From assembly GCF_006345805.1 (NCBI RefSeq), contig NC_043007.1, positions 71,672,001 to 71,736,000 on the forward strand: a DNA stretch of 64,000 nucleotides, read 5' to 3'. The translations under genes were made by a program, and so were the position numbers. The DNA is from Octopus sinensis. Lineage: Eukaryota. A model generated the notes under the pieces. That model had not been told where the DNA came from and made no database searches. It worked only from the letters and a program-made list of their open reading frames with translations. Each line of letters opens with the position of its first letter. The stretch's first letter is position 1. Positions 1-13,092 of this stretch are shown one piece after another.

Positions 1-700
1 AAATAAGTACCAGTTGTGCCAAAATCTGAAATCAATATTAATAATAGCATTTTAGCACACTGGGGAAAATGCATAGTGGAATTTCGTCTGTCTTGACATG
101 CTGAGTTCAAATCCTGCTGAGGTCAGCTTAGTCTTTTATCTTTTCAGGGTCAATAAAATAAGTACCATTTGAACACTGGAGTAGATGTAATTGACTATCC
201 CCTACTCCACAATACCCCAAAACTGCTGGCCTTATGAAATCGCTATTGATATTGACAGTAAGGCAGAACCATTAGCATGCTGGGTAAAATGCTTAGCAGC
301 ATTTCATCCATCTTTATGTTCTCAGTTCAAATGCTGCCGGGGTCGACTTTACTTTTCATCCTTTCAGGGTCGATAAAATAAGTACTAGTAGAGCACTGGG
401 ATTGATGTAATTGACTTACCCACTCTCCTGAAAGTGCTGGCCTTGTACCAAAATTTAAAGCCAATATTAATAACAGCAGTAAGACAGTGAACTGGCAGAA
501 TCATTATGACATTGAGCAAAATGCTTAGCAGCATTTCAAATTCTGAATTCAAATTCTACCGAAGTTGACTTTACCCATTCATCCCTTCAGAATCAATAAA
601 ACGAATATATGTTGAGCACTGGAATTGATTATAATCGAGTTACCCCCATCCCCTGAAATTGATGGCCTTGTACCAAAATTTGAAATCAATATTAATAATA
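1..700 (+). mobile_element. Three or four tandem copies of a tRNA-derived SINE (octopus-type GAGTTCAAATxCxGCxGAGGTCGACTT family)
   Basis: Repeated B-box-like GAGTTCAAAT and the tail CCTTTCGGGGTCGATAAAATAAGTACC. The same family recurs at about 3645-3945(-), 9965-10160(+), 29965-30210(-), 31490-31800(-), 32360-32530(-), 59710-59920(-) and 60240-60445(+). Confidence 0.75.
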
Positions 701-959
701 GGTCTGTTGATTCGCTTATGTTATTAAATTATATTCATTAATACTGTTTACAGTTATGGCATTTGTGCATTTTAACTTTGTTTTATGTATCTTCTGAGAA
801 AAGAGAATGCTATGGAAAGATTCACACAAAATCTCAAACTTAAAGAACTACTTGCATGTGATTTTAGTTTTGTAAATAATTGTAATAAACTGTTGCTGGA
901 ATTTGGATTTATGGAAGAAAATTTTAAAATCGTGCATTTGTTCCTTTTTCTTCTTCTAG

Positions 960-1097
960 CTGGATTTGATCATGCACACAATTTGAATATTGATTTTAGT
1001 GTCATTCGTCTTTGTTTCCAAACATTTATACAAGATTCTCAAGGTCAATACAGAATCCCATTGAATGCTGTCGTCTCCCAACCGATCATTGACAAAA
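960..1097 (+). CDS. Rel: Rel/Dorsal-class NF-kB, exon at end of N-terminal RHD subdomain (gene 5' part lies upstream of window)
   Basis: Acceptor ttcttctag/ at 959 and donor /gtaagt at 1098. Encodes GFDHAHNLNIDFSVIRLCFQTFIQDSQGQYRIPLNAVVSQPIIDK, matching the RHD motif VRLCFQ...PVVSQPIYDK. 138 nt, phase 1-1. Confidence 0.93.
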
Positions 1098-2225
1098 GTA
1101 AGTGGGCTTGGCTGACTTTATCACTGTTATGCTTTATCTTTTACCTGTTTCAGTCACTAGCAGTATCGCCCGGCGTTGCTCGGGTTTGTTTCGACCCTTT
1201 AGAATTGGAATTTTTGAAAAGTAAAAATTTTGCATTATGTAGCTTGTTAGTCTCTTTAAGTGAACATTTTTCTGGTTGAAATACACTGCAAAATGGTGAC
1301 ACAGCAGTCAAAAAATCGTAAAAAATACGGATTTTCATAGAAAAAAAGCACCTTTTACATGTAAATAATTTTTGATGTTAACATGGTCCGATTTGACTGC
1401 CATACACAGACAACTTCAGCTTTATATAGAGAGAGATTAGGCTGTGGCCATGCTTGGGCACTGCCTTGAAGAATTTTTTGATTAAATGAATCTCCCCCAG
1501 TAGTAACAATAGCTTATTTGCACAAAACTTTGATGCCAGACGTGGAATGAGATCGTGAAATATGATCTTTGGATGTTGAGTCTCACTGAGGGGATGATAA
1601 GTGACTGAAACTTTTGGTGATTTGCTGTGCTTGAGAAAACATGTCAAGCTTAATGAAATTGTAATCATGGCCAGTGCTGGTGACACGTGAATGGCACCAT
1701 GCTGGTGACACATGTGAGGCAACCATGCCAGTGACACGCAAATGATACCCAAGCTAGTAACACACAAAAGGTACCTGTGTCTGTGACACATGAAATGTAC
1801 CCATGCTGGTGACATGTAAAAGACACCTAGGACACCCTATGGAGTGGTTGGCATTGGGAAGATTATCCAGCCATAGAAACCAAGCCAAAACAGACTGTAG
1901 CCTGGCACAGCTCTCCAGTTTACCAGTTTCAGTCAAACCATCTAACCCATGCTAGCTGGAAAACAAATGCTAAATTATGATATATATATATATATGTATA
2001 TAAATATACTATTAATAAAGCTGCAAAGACATCACAAAAACTGATACTCAGAGTTTCATGTTCCCGACAAACGGGAACATGAAACTCAGAGTAACAGTTT
2101 TTGTGATGTCTTTGCAGCTTTATTAATAAAGCATATTACTCTACCTCCAGTATTCAGGTACTATTTTCTCCACCTTGTTTCACATTTATGTGCTTACTCT
2201 GGTGTATATATGTATATGTATATAT

Positions 2226-2286
<61 letters not shown>

Positions 2287-3345
2287 TATATATGTATATA
2301 TATATATATACACACATATATATATATATGTATATATATACACATATATATAAAATATAAGAAAGACCGGAGGTATAAGATAAAAAAATTTATTTCACCA
2401 ATTGACAGCCAAAAGATTATGATCATTTCGCAGCTTTTATCATATAGAAACAATGTATTTAATCACCATCCCTAATACAACAATATCTGTTTCACATCAA
2501 GAATCTTGCAAAACAAATATATATATATACTTTTTATTCTTTCACTTGTTTCAATTATTTGACTGCAGCCATACTGGAGCATCACCTTGAAGGATTATGG
2601 CCAATCAAATTGGCCCCAAGGCTTTCTTTTGATGCTTCATATTAATACTTACTCTATCAGTTTCTTTTGCTAAACTGCTAAGTTACGGGGATGTAAACGT
2701 ACCAGTACCTTGTGGTTGGGAAGCAAGCTTCTTACCACACAGCCCCATCTGATAGGTATATATATATATATTTCATATGCACTATACCTAAGACTGTGTT
2801 GTTTTTTAATTCCAGATATATAAAAACAAGTATAAGCAACTGATAACGGCAATTTTTGTAATTATTAAATTCATTTGATGAGGAAAAGAAATTGAAATAG
2901 TAAAACACTGTTTTATTTTAAGAATAATTCTTCATTTATTATTTTACTATTTCCAGTACATATTAGCAAAATGACAGTAGATTTAGTATTTTTCATCTGA
3001 TTGCACTGGTCCACAATATTGTAAAATTGTCACAAAGATGAGTTTTGTTGATAACCGTCAGAGTTCAGACTTGAACAGATAACTAAGGTTATACAGTAAA
3101 TAATGATTTGTTGGGCAGGAATATTCCAGAATAACTAAGAACATTTCCAATTTATTCTGTTTCTTTTTCTCTCTCTGTCTCTTTCGCCAGAAATTACTCC
3201 TACTAGAAAGATTTCAATGTAATTCTTTTTCAGTTAATGTCTAAATATTATACCTTAATCTTTAAAAATCAATTTTTGAATTAGTTGATTTACATGAAAT
3301 GGAATGTAAAAATAAAAAAAAGATAACAATATTTTATTGTTTTAG

Positions 3346-3444
3346 AAACTCAAAATGAGTTGTCCATTGTTAGAATGGACAAATGTTCAGGACGAGCTTG
3401 TGGACGTGATGAAGTGTTTTTACTCTGTGAGAAAGTTGCAAAAG
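3346..3444 (+). CDS. Rel: Rel exon, start of IPT/dimerization domain
   Basis: tttag/.../gtgagt. Encodes KTQNELSIVRMDKCSGRACGRDEVFLLCEKVAK (compare Dorsal LLCEKVAK). 99 nt, phase 1-1, in frame with the previous exon. Confidence 0.95.
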
Positions 3445-5588
3445 GTGAGTTCAATTTATTTCCTTTGGTAGAGCTATTTTAGTTTGATGCTGTGCTGTTT
3501 GTGTATGTTGTGAATAGCATCTGTATAGTGTTTGACTATGTAAGAATAAGGACTGAAGTATTTGCATGTATGGGCATGTGTTTGTGTGTGTGTGTGGGGG
3601 TGGTGATGAGCAAGTGTCTTCTTCCTTAACCTTATTGTGGGGTGGGGAGATAGTCAATTACATCTACTCCAGTGTTCAAATGGTACTTATTTTATTGACC
3701 CTGAAAAGATAAAAGACTAAGCTGACCTCAGCAGGATTTGAACTCAGCATGTCAAGACAGACAAAATGCCACTATGCATTTTTCCCAGTGTGCTAAAATG
3801 CTATTATTAATATTGATTTCAGATTTTGGCACTGGTACTTATTTTATCGACCCTGAAAGGATGAAAGGCAAAGTCGACTCTGGTGGCATTTGAACTTAGA
3901 ACATAAAGATGGATGAAATGCCACCAAGAATTTTGCCCAAATATTTTATCTGTTTTTTGCTCAAATCATCCAGAGCTGACCTCTCATACCTACCTTACAA
4001 TGACATTCTAAAAAAAAAAAAAAAACTATCACGTCATTAAAATCTTGAAACTATGACATAATGTGTGACTAATTCAAAGCAATGTGAATAAATACGCATT
4101 ACATTTGACAGTGTAATCTGAATGTGTTAAATGAAATCGGGTTGACAGAAACTGTACAGGTCCCCTGAAATAGAATGCATGTTGAGATTTACAGGCTTAG
4201 TTATGTTATGCTTATTCTAACTAACAGTTAATTGTTTGTTGAAGGTTCAACCATTTACATGAGTAGGTAGCTCCTGTGATTCAGCAAATAGGACAGTAGT
4301 ATGTTCATTTATTTTTAGAAATAGCAGAGTGAGTCCATCATCAACAACCTCATTTATGCACCTGTTCTTTGTATGCTTACATGGAGTGTACAGGTCTTTA
4401 GCACCACCTTTCTGATGTCCACCTTTTCTCAGATCAGATTTCACCTATTCCTCTGTCCTCATTGCTTTTACTCTTCCTTAGATTCTTTCCCACTGCATTC
4501 CCTTATAAATGCATCACAGATTCATACCGGCTCTTCTTTCTTGCACACTACACCTGATCCCTAGTTTATATCATCCTCATTCTCATCGTCATTTCATATC
4601 TGTTTTTCATGCTGGCATGGCTTGAATGGTTGAACAGGGTCAAACAGGTTGAAGAACCTAGTCTTCTTCCAGCATTTCACTTTTGGTATAATTTTATACA
4701 GCTGGATGTATATCACTGTACATTAGTGACTTTCTCTCTGTCACTCCTTTATGCAGCTCTCTTGCTGCTATTTTTTATTTACCCTGCCACCATCTTCATT
4801 ATTCCAACCTCTCCGGCCCATCTCATTGCCTATGTGTATGTGGCTACACTGAACCACTTGTGCCCAGTGTCTCCCCCCCCACACTCACCCCTTTGTGTCT
4901 CCTGCTCTCTCCTTTCCTATACTGCCTGTCACTGTATATCAACTTGCACCTCACCATATTCTTGTTCCTTTTCTCTCAGATCCTTATCATCCCTCTGTTA
5001 TTATTCTATTCCCTGGGTGATGTAGACTTTGGTCACCTCCCTCCTATCTCTCTCATCATCATCATCATCATTTAGTGTCCGTTGTCTGTGCTGGTATGGA
5101 TAAGACAGTTTGGTTGGTTAGGGATAATATACTGTTACAGAAAACTTATTCCTATGGAAAAATGCTCTCTAAAACAAGAGTAGTGATTAAGAGGCTGTAA
5201 AACACATATATGCAATTGCATGTATGTGTGTGCCTGTATATGTATATATACTGCTCTCTCCCAAGCAGGACTCCTACTTCTTCATCATTTACAGCACATT
5301 CTCTCTTATATATATATATTTATGTAATATATATATATATATAAACGATGATGATGATGATGATGATGATGATATATATATATATATAAAACCAGTGAGG
5401 ATTTGTGACTGGAAGGGCATCCAACTGTAGAAAATCTGCCTTAACAAATTCTGTCTGACCGATGTAAGCATTAAAAAGGGGACATTAAATGATGATAATG
5501 GTGCTGTATATATGTGTGTGTTCATGTGTGTATATCTATGTGAGTAATTATGTTTTAATTGTATTTAATATTCTTTGCTTTCAAATAG

Positions 5589-5671
5589 ATAACATAAGAG
5601 TACGCTTCTTTGAAGAAGACTCTCCTTGGGAAGCTCTCGGGGAATTTAATCCATCCGATGTCCACCATCAA
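5589..5671 (+). CDS. Rel: Rel exon, IPT domain
   Basis: aatag/.../gtaagt. Encodes DNIRVRFFEEDSPWEALGEFNPSDVHHQ. 83 nt, phase 1-0. Confidence 0.95.
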
Positions 5672-6143
5672 GTAAGTTTTTATTGATTAATGTCTGTTGT
5701 CATCATTCTCTCCAACTATATCTTACTTGATATGTAAATCCACTCTCATAAACACCCCACTGCCAACCACTTTATTAGTCTTCAACTATGCTGTTTCTCT
5801 CCCCCACCTGTTGCAAATACAATAAGTTGTAGTCATGTGAAATTTATATCTACCATCCACATCATATTTACAAACCTGCATTAACTGCTGTTCTCTGTAG
5901 GGTAAATGAAAGATCATATGTGTTATAGATACAGTCATTTCTCCTTCAATTAAATCTTTAAAAACAACTGTGAACCTGTAGCTTCTAAATTTGTACATTA
6001 TTTGTAATCAATTACAACTCTTAAATTATTTGCTATTGCAGTTTTAATTACATTGTCACTAGATTTTACTTGGTTATCATTGACACTCTGCAAAGTTGGT
6101 ACTAAAAATATGCCTTTGTAAGGAAATGTTCTAGGGGCTTCTA

Positions 6144-6709
6144 TTGGGTTGTCCGGAAAGTTCATGCCAATTTTTAAAGGAAATAAAAAGGTCAATAAAT
6201 ACTTGCCATTACATTTTTAATCAACCAAATATGAACCATTTTGTTTCACAATGCGTCTCCATCTTTTTTTTGACTTGAAAATACCCTCTTCCCAGAATTG
6301 AGGTGGTTTCATGGCAAAGAATTCATCAAGGTATCTTTTTATGTCATCTAAAGAATTGAAATTTTTACCATTAGGACTATTCTGCAGAGATTTGAATTAA
6401 TGGAAATCCGAAGGAGCACTATCTAGTGAATATGGAGGGTGGAGTAACACATCCCAGCTAAGCTGCAGCAATTTTTGTCTGGTTCCCAAAGCATCAAGTG
6501 CCGAAAATGAACTTTCTTATCTTCCATTTCAAAGGGTTACAGAATTAACACAGGTTATAGGAACATAAACCTTCTTCCACACAAAGATAGCTTAAACTGT
6601 GCTCTAAATGGAGGTGTAGTCAAATCCTATTTTATGGACTCAATCATGTTCTAAAATAAGTCAAAAGGTAAGCTACTATAAATTGGCACGAACTTTCCGG
6701 ACAACCCAG
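6144..6709 (-). mobile_element. Internally deleted mariner element with intact TIRs
   Basis: TA TSDs at 6142-6143 and 6710-6711. TIRs of about 30 bp (TTGGGTTGTCCGGAAAGTTCATGCCAATTT and its near-perfect reverse complement). The minus strand keeps a degenerate transposase C-terminus (...FWEEGIF...RWRRIVKQNGSYLVD). Confidence 0.85.
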
Positions 6710-6971
6710 TAGAATGAAGTATCACATAAAACCTGGTTGCTGATTGGTCCATAACTTGGCCAGTTACATGGAGAAGCTGTTGTTAATGTTGTGATTTTAA
6801 CTGGGCCATGTGTCAACTTGGTTTCAAGTCTTCCTACAGCATTAACATTATGTGAGAAAAATTTTAAATTCTTTTTAAATATGTTGCCTTGATTTTTTTC
6901 TATCACTAAAATACTTATGTATTTTACATAGCTTATTTATTTATTATTATTTTTCTTCTCTCTTATCTTAG

Positions 6972-7110
6972 TACGCTATTGTATTCAAAACGCCACCCTA
7001 TAGGAATATCAGAATTACAAAAGATGTGACTGTATTACTACAGTTAGTTCGACCTTCAGATTTTGCATCAAGTAATCCAATCAAGTTCACCTACCAACCA
7101 GAAGATCCTG
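6972..7110 (+). CDS. Rel: Rel exon, IPT domain end
   Basis: cttag/.../gtaagt. Encodes [46 protein letters not shown]; QLxRPSD is Rel-class-like. 139 nt, phase 0-1. Confidence 0.95.
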
Positions 7111-7661
7111 GTAAGTTAATATATATTCCTCTTCATTACTGTAATACCAGTAATACTAATCAAACATAAAACACCAACATCTTTTACGTATTTTTCTTTC
7201 ATTTTTTATTCTTTTACTTGTTTCAGTCCTTTGACTGTAGCCATGCTTGAGCACTGCTTTCAAGGGTCTTAGTCGAACAAATCAACCCCAGGACTTATTT
7301 TTTAAGCCTTGTACTTATTCTATCAGTTTCTTTTGCCAAATGTCCAAGTTATGGGGACGTAAATACACCAACACCAGTTGACAATCAGTGATGCGGGGAC
7401 AAGCACAGACTCAAACACACACACACACACACATGCACACACACACAAACAATGGACATCTTTCAGTTTCTGTCAACCAAATTTACTCACAAGGCTTTGG
7501 TCAACCCAAGATGCCACACAGTAGGACTGAACCCAGAACCATATGGCTACACCTGCCAAACTTGTTTTTTTTTAGTTAATGGTAATGCCTCTCATTGGAA
7601 TCTATGAATCTCTTTTTACAAAACAAGGAGCCTCTTCTTTACTAGCTATTCTGTAATTTAA

Positions 7662-7880
7662 CCTTTTAGTATTTAAACCACCCATATCCAACCAAAATTT
7701 TCTACCTATTTTAAGTTCAAACTGGCCAGATCCAGCTTCTCACACCCATCCTACAATATTATTCTAAAAATAACATTCAGATCATTGAAATGTCAAAGCA
7801 ACAAGATAATGCAAGAGTAATTCAAAACAATGTGAATTAATAAGCATTTTGTTTGACAGAGTAATCTGAATGCTAAAAGG
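7662..7880. mobile_element. piggyBac-type MITE
   Basis: TTAA at 7658-7661 and 7881-7884. Termini CCTTTTAGTATT and AATGCTAAAAGG. Related copies at about 3945-4130 and 18443-18660. Confidence 0.7.
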
Positions 7881-9007
7881 TTAATTTTGTGGAAGGATAG
7901 TGACTGGTATGAAAATACTGTTAATCTTCTCTACATTTAATAATCCCTCGATTTTAAAAGCTTTAAACTGCATTTTCATTTTTTTTCATTTAATTTTTTT
8001 CTTTTTCTTTTTTTTTTATAGTCTTCCATGTTCAAGTTAATCATCTCACATTTTCTTCACAGACAGAACTCCTTTCAGAAATAAGCATACCTTAAATGCA
8101 TCTTTGAAATTTATTATTTTTCCTTCCATTTTACATTCTTATATGAATTTGATAGGTCAAGAAATCCATGAAATATTTTTAGTTGAAGGATAAATAAGGT
8201 TACAAGCAATCTATGAAGCATATCATAAAATGTTTAACTCTGGGTGTTTTTGTAAGACAGCTTGAAGTAAAATTATTCAATTCGTGATTATTTTATGAAA
8301 ATAGTATTTTTAAACTCATTTGATTATTGGAGAATAACTGAAACCATCTTTTTGTAGCAATTGTGGAGAAGGAGGTATACTGGTGTTATACGTTAGGACT
8401 AATGAATAATTTGTGTCCAGCTCTGCAAAAGTATCATTGCTACTTACTAAAGTGAAAGTGTAGTTATACAGTACTTATTTACAGTTCCATAGGCTGGTTA
8501 CCTCACAGAATTTTTAGTATCCAGCTGTAAAATAATGTGGATTTGTACTTCTCTCTCCATCTTTATTTACTGATTCTCATGTCTCTAAGAGCCAATCCAG
8601 CATGCAACAATGTCATCTTTTGAATTTTCCTTACAAAATTATGACTGGCTGGCAAACAAATTTTAAAAACAAAATTATTCAACATCAAGAAAACCAGATT
8701 TAAAACAAAGAATATGAAGGAAGAGCCCAGCTGGTTTCAACTTGAATACTTCGTGATTTGTGAAATATTAATAATTTTCATTTTTTTTTTTTGTTTTTGT
8801 TACTTCAAGTTGTAAAACTTCTTAGATTATCAATTGATAGAATTTGTAATAACAAGCATGGCTTCTCTCCTGCTTATATTGACAATTAGAAAGCAAATTT
8901 TTTATGATTATTTTTTATTTTTAAAGACCATCATCTTTGTCTAAATCATCACTAGTGTTCTCTCTGGATAATTAAAATTTGCTCTTATCTAATTTCACTT
9001 TTTATAG

Positions 9008-9055
9008 ATCCAGACAGGATTGAAGAGAAGAGAAAGCGGAAAGTTCACACAGCAT
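9008..9055 (+). CDS. Rel: Rel exon carrying the NLS
   Basis: ttatag/.../gtaag. Encodes DPDRIEEKRKRKVHTA, matching the RelA/c-Rel RIEEKRKR NLS. 48 nt, phase 1-1. Confidence 0.92.
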
Positions 9056-11204
9056 GTAAGCATTATATCAAATTGGCAGTTTATTCCTCTGTTTTAGTTA
9101 TTAGTAACTCTTTTAAAGATAATACCTTCTAAAATAATTTTTCCTGACTAATTTGAGCAATTAATCTGTCTTATATGTGTACTAATGTCTTAGATATCTA
9201 CTAATGTCCACTAATGTCTGAGACAATGATAGAATCTTAAGGTTGTCATAAAAGCTTCTAATATGTAAATTTCAATTGCTTTCTGCACTTATTGCAATAG
9301 TAATAGCCACCAAAAGTTTTCTTAATATTTTTAAGATGTTTTCTGCAGTGTACCTTGCTACCTTAAAGCACTATTCCTTGGTTGTAGAACATGTTTCAGA
9401 ATACTGTAATTCTGTATTTCTAGATGAGTAGGGTGTCCATTTAACGTAAAAGTTTTGTTTGCCTTCTGTACACACTTCAATAATTTAACTAGTGTGAATT
9501 GTATTGCTGCCTTTAATTGGTCATGATATACTTAAAACTATTGATAATTAAGTCACCTGTAGAAGGAAATGATTAAAAGACTTGAGTATTTTTTTAAGTG
9601 GGAATATAAATATACTAGCTTAAAAGCTGCCCTATCAGGCTGAATTTTAGCTAGTATATAGCTTTTTAGCAACTGATCCTGAATAGGAAGATCTGCAAAC
9701 AGATCTCTGACTTGTTTTGAAGAATTTGTTACAATTGCTTCCTCCAGAGTCATATCCCAATGATGATCATATTCGTCGCAAAAAATCATGTAAAAAATTT
9801 CAGGATTGTGGGTCCAGATTTAGCCTGGAATGTTTTTAATTTACTCACGGAGTCAGCCTGATTCAAAAATAGTATGATATGTTGGGCTACAGCCTCTACG
9901 ACTAAAGATGAAAAAGTGTGACACACTGACATTCACATTTATTATATTATATTATATTATATTAAGTTGGCGAGCTGGCAGAATCGTTAGCGATATTTTG
10001 TCTGTCGTTAGGTTTTGAGTTCGAATTCCGCTGAGGTCACCTTCGCCTTTCATCCTTTCGGAGTTGATAAAATTAGTACCAGTTATGCACTGGGGTCAAT
10101 GTAATCAACTTAATCACTTCCCCCTAAAATTTGAGGCCTTGTGCTTCCAGTAGAAAGGTTTTATTAAAGTTGAAAAAGTGTGACACACTGACATTCACAT
10201 TTATTATATTAGATATGTTTAATTTGGGGGAAACTTTATGTCAATTAAAGCGTAATTTATACACATATGTGTGTGTGTGAGTGTGTGTATATATGTATGT
10301 GTGTGTGTGTGTGTGTATGTATGTATTAAAGAAAGCAAAAAATAAAACAAAAATGATAGTGTTTTCTAACCAATTCCTGGTAATGCAGATCCCCACAGCT
10401 ACAAGTTTTAGAGTGTCAACAAGGATTTTGTTGCTCTGAAGTATCAATCATGTCTGATCAAACAAACTATGTCGCAAAACTATGCAATTAATATTTGATA
10501 ATGAGCCATTAAAGTAAAGACCAGCTGTACATAACCAGCTGTAGATAACAGGCAAAACTGGTAACATTCACAAGTCTACATGAAGCCATATCTATCAGTT
10601 TTATACCAACTGAAACCATTCCTGTCTTCATTTGTCTTAAATGACTTTTTGAACGCTCTAATCTTAGGTAGAGCACTTTAGACCCTTTCCTCTGCCATTT
10701 ATTTACATTCTGCAATGTTTGTTATTGACATTAACATCATGCATTGATGAATTTTAGCAATTTTTTAATCCAAGTTTATGGAAACTTTCTTTGAAAAATA
10801 GCTGCTAATCATACTTTGAGCAACAACTTGCTTAATGATTTAATCAATAAATTAATAGCAGATAAAGTGACATATCTACTTCTTCCATGCACACCCAATA
10901 TCTGATTTTGATCCATCCAATTTTTCATCAAGTGATTTAAATAAAATATTACTTGAAAAATGGTCAGGCACTGAACCTTGTACAAATAATGTTGGTTCAA
11001 GAATGCATTTAGGACTTGATTTAAAGCCTTTTGAATATTTTTTCAAATTTTATCATTGAACTAATATTAGTACCATCACCTAACAAACTAATTAGCATCT
11101 GGAGCAAAAGCAGGCTGTCACTTTTGTTCTTATATGTTAAAATTTGCGCATATATTGATATGTTGCCTCTAACTAGAGTAACAGATTTCCTGTAAGTTAC
11201 TTAA

Positions 11205-11727
11205 CCCCTTGACGCCGGTATTACCTGAAGCATACGAGACACTGCTCTGGGGTTTTTTTATCTAATGAGGCCACACAAACACACAAGTGCCAACGAGCTC
11301 GCGTCTGTTTACTTTCATCGTTACAGTAACATAGCGTCTTACATTTACGTATACCGGTTTATGAAAACGAACTATGTGAAGCTATTTATCATAATATGAT
11401 ATGCATGAGTTATTCTGCTCCAGTTAAAAAAATAGCTTGTGTGTGATACAACTCAAAACACAGTATTATGCATGTAAAGTATCCACATGTCATTGGTCTA
11501 CTGCTTGTTTCATGACTTGAACGTAACCTAAAATAGCTAGGATAATGCACGGGACGGCGAGCGCGCACACCTCAAGAGATAAAGTACACGATAGCGAACG
11601 TAAACATACATCAGATGCTAAAAAGTCTGGGATAGATGTAGGGCAGCTCTATATCATATATTTACATTAACCACATGTAGGCAAGCAAAAGTGTGATCGC
11701 ATATTTGTGTCAACCATTGTCAAGGGG
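11205..11727. mobile_element. piggyBac-type non-autonomous element
   Basis: TTAA TSD at 11201-11204 and 11728-11731. Perfect 9-bp TIR CCCCTTGAC/GTCAAGGGG. Confidence 0.8.
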
Positions 11728-12387
11728 TTAATAAGCTTTAAAAATGTCTGGCTAAAATAGTTTGTTTCAATGTTTGTGTGTCCATGTCTATTAGTAATTG
11801 CATTTAATTTATCAACTTATGCATGTGTATAGATCATGGTGTACCTATGCATGTAGATACATGTGCATACATACATAGACTCTGTGTGTGTACATGATGG
11901 ATTTGAGGGTTTCATTTATTTACAAGTTGATTTCTTAATTTCACTGGAATATAAATACCTATAATGGTGATACTTAAAAAAAAACTTCAGTTCAATTAAA
12001 AAGCATGGTAAACAACACGTTGTAATCTACACTATAATTTACAAAAAAATTTATCTGCGTACAGGGTATGCCTTTTTTTTTCATTATCGACATGTTTCTT
12101 GTCATCATGTTTTTAAGTGTTTCTGTTTTTTTAGTTATTGTTGTGTAATTAATTAACATGCACACGTGCACAACATTATCTTTAGCTTAAATGACTTATA
12201 TTAAAAAAAGAAACTGAGTCTTTTCTGAAATGTCACTTTCCACAATAAATGAACTGCAAACATTTGAATAAGCAATTTTTAGGTATTTCCCACATTAAAA
12301 ACTAATGGTAGATCAGCAAAATTTAACTTAAGCCATTTGAACCATTTTTGCAGAGATAGCATTAACATGCAACTTGATCTATTCCAG

Positions 12388-12468
12388 GTGCTTCAGATGC
12401 GCAAACTATTAGCAAAAATGATCTAAGAAACCGTCTTCGCTTGCGAGCAATTCGAGGAGGCAAAAGTG
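12388..12468 (+). CDS. Rel: Rel exon, post-NLS basic segment
   Basis: ttccag/.../gtaagt. Open frame ASDAQTISKNDLRNRLRLRAIRGGKS, 81 nt. Phase 1-1 fits both neighbours. No family motif recognised. Confidence 0.72.
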
Positions 12469-13092
12469 GTAAGTGTTATAATTTTACTAACTTGATAAAG
12501 TGAGAATAGTTTTGAATTAAAATGTTCAAGAAAAGGAATATTTGTTACACTGTCTTCTTCGAGCTTCAGTATTATGAATATTACTGGTGTTATTGTTGTC
12601 ATTAAAAGAATTGACTGCATTAGGTTATTATGACTTTACTCCTCTTCCTCCTCCTCCTCCTCATCATTATCACTATCATCATCATCATGTATCATACACT
12701 TTTCCAGTGTGTTGATGGCTCTACACCAGAAGTCTTCCTGATTAAGTGCAAGTTCTTTCATTGGATAAGGCCATGGCATTACTTCATTCTGACTTCCTCA
12801 CAATGTTTTCTTGGCGGAGACATTGAGATGGCTTGCCATTGCCTTCTCCAAGTGGATGACCATTGGTCCATAAGGGATTCTTCGACCCTTCAACAGGTCT
12901 TGTTTTTAGTCCTGCCGGGTGTTCAGACACCCTCCTCACAAGAGTAGCAAGCTATTCAAGTTGGGGTGTCAGTTTAGTTACTGACCACTCGATCATGGAA
13001 TAAGTAGTACTGGATTATTTGGTACTAGTCACAGGTCTCATCAGCTTGTGTTGACATCCCAGACCTGACCTGACTTTGCTACACTTGTTAAA

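Noticed and set aside
785-1279. 164-aa ORF as a standalone gene
   Set aside because: Only 960-1097 is Rel-like and bounded by splice sites; the rest is intron read-through.
10802-10900. Possible extra Rel exon (ag/CTGCTAATCAT..., SANHTLSNNLLNDLINKLIADK)
   Set aside because: The acceptor is weak, there is no phase-compatible donor before the stop, and it abuts the piggyBac-like fossil. RNA-seq is needed.
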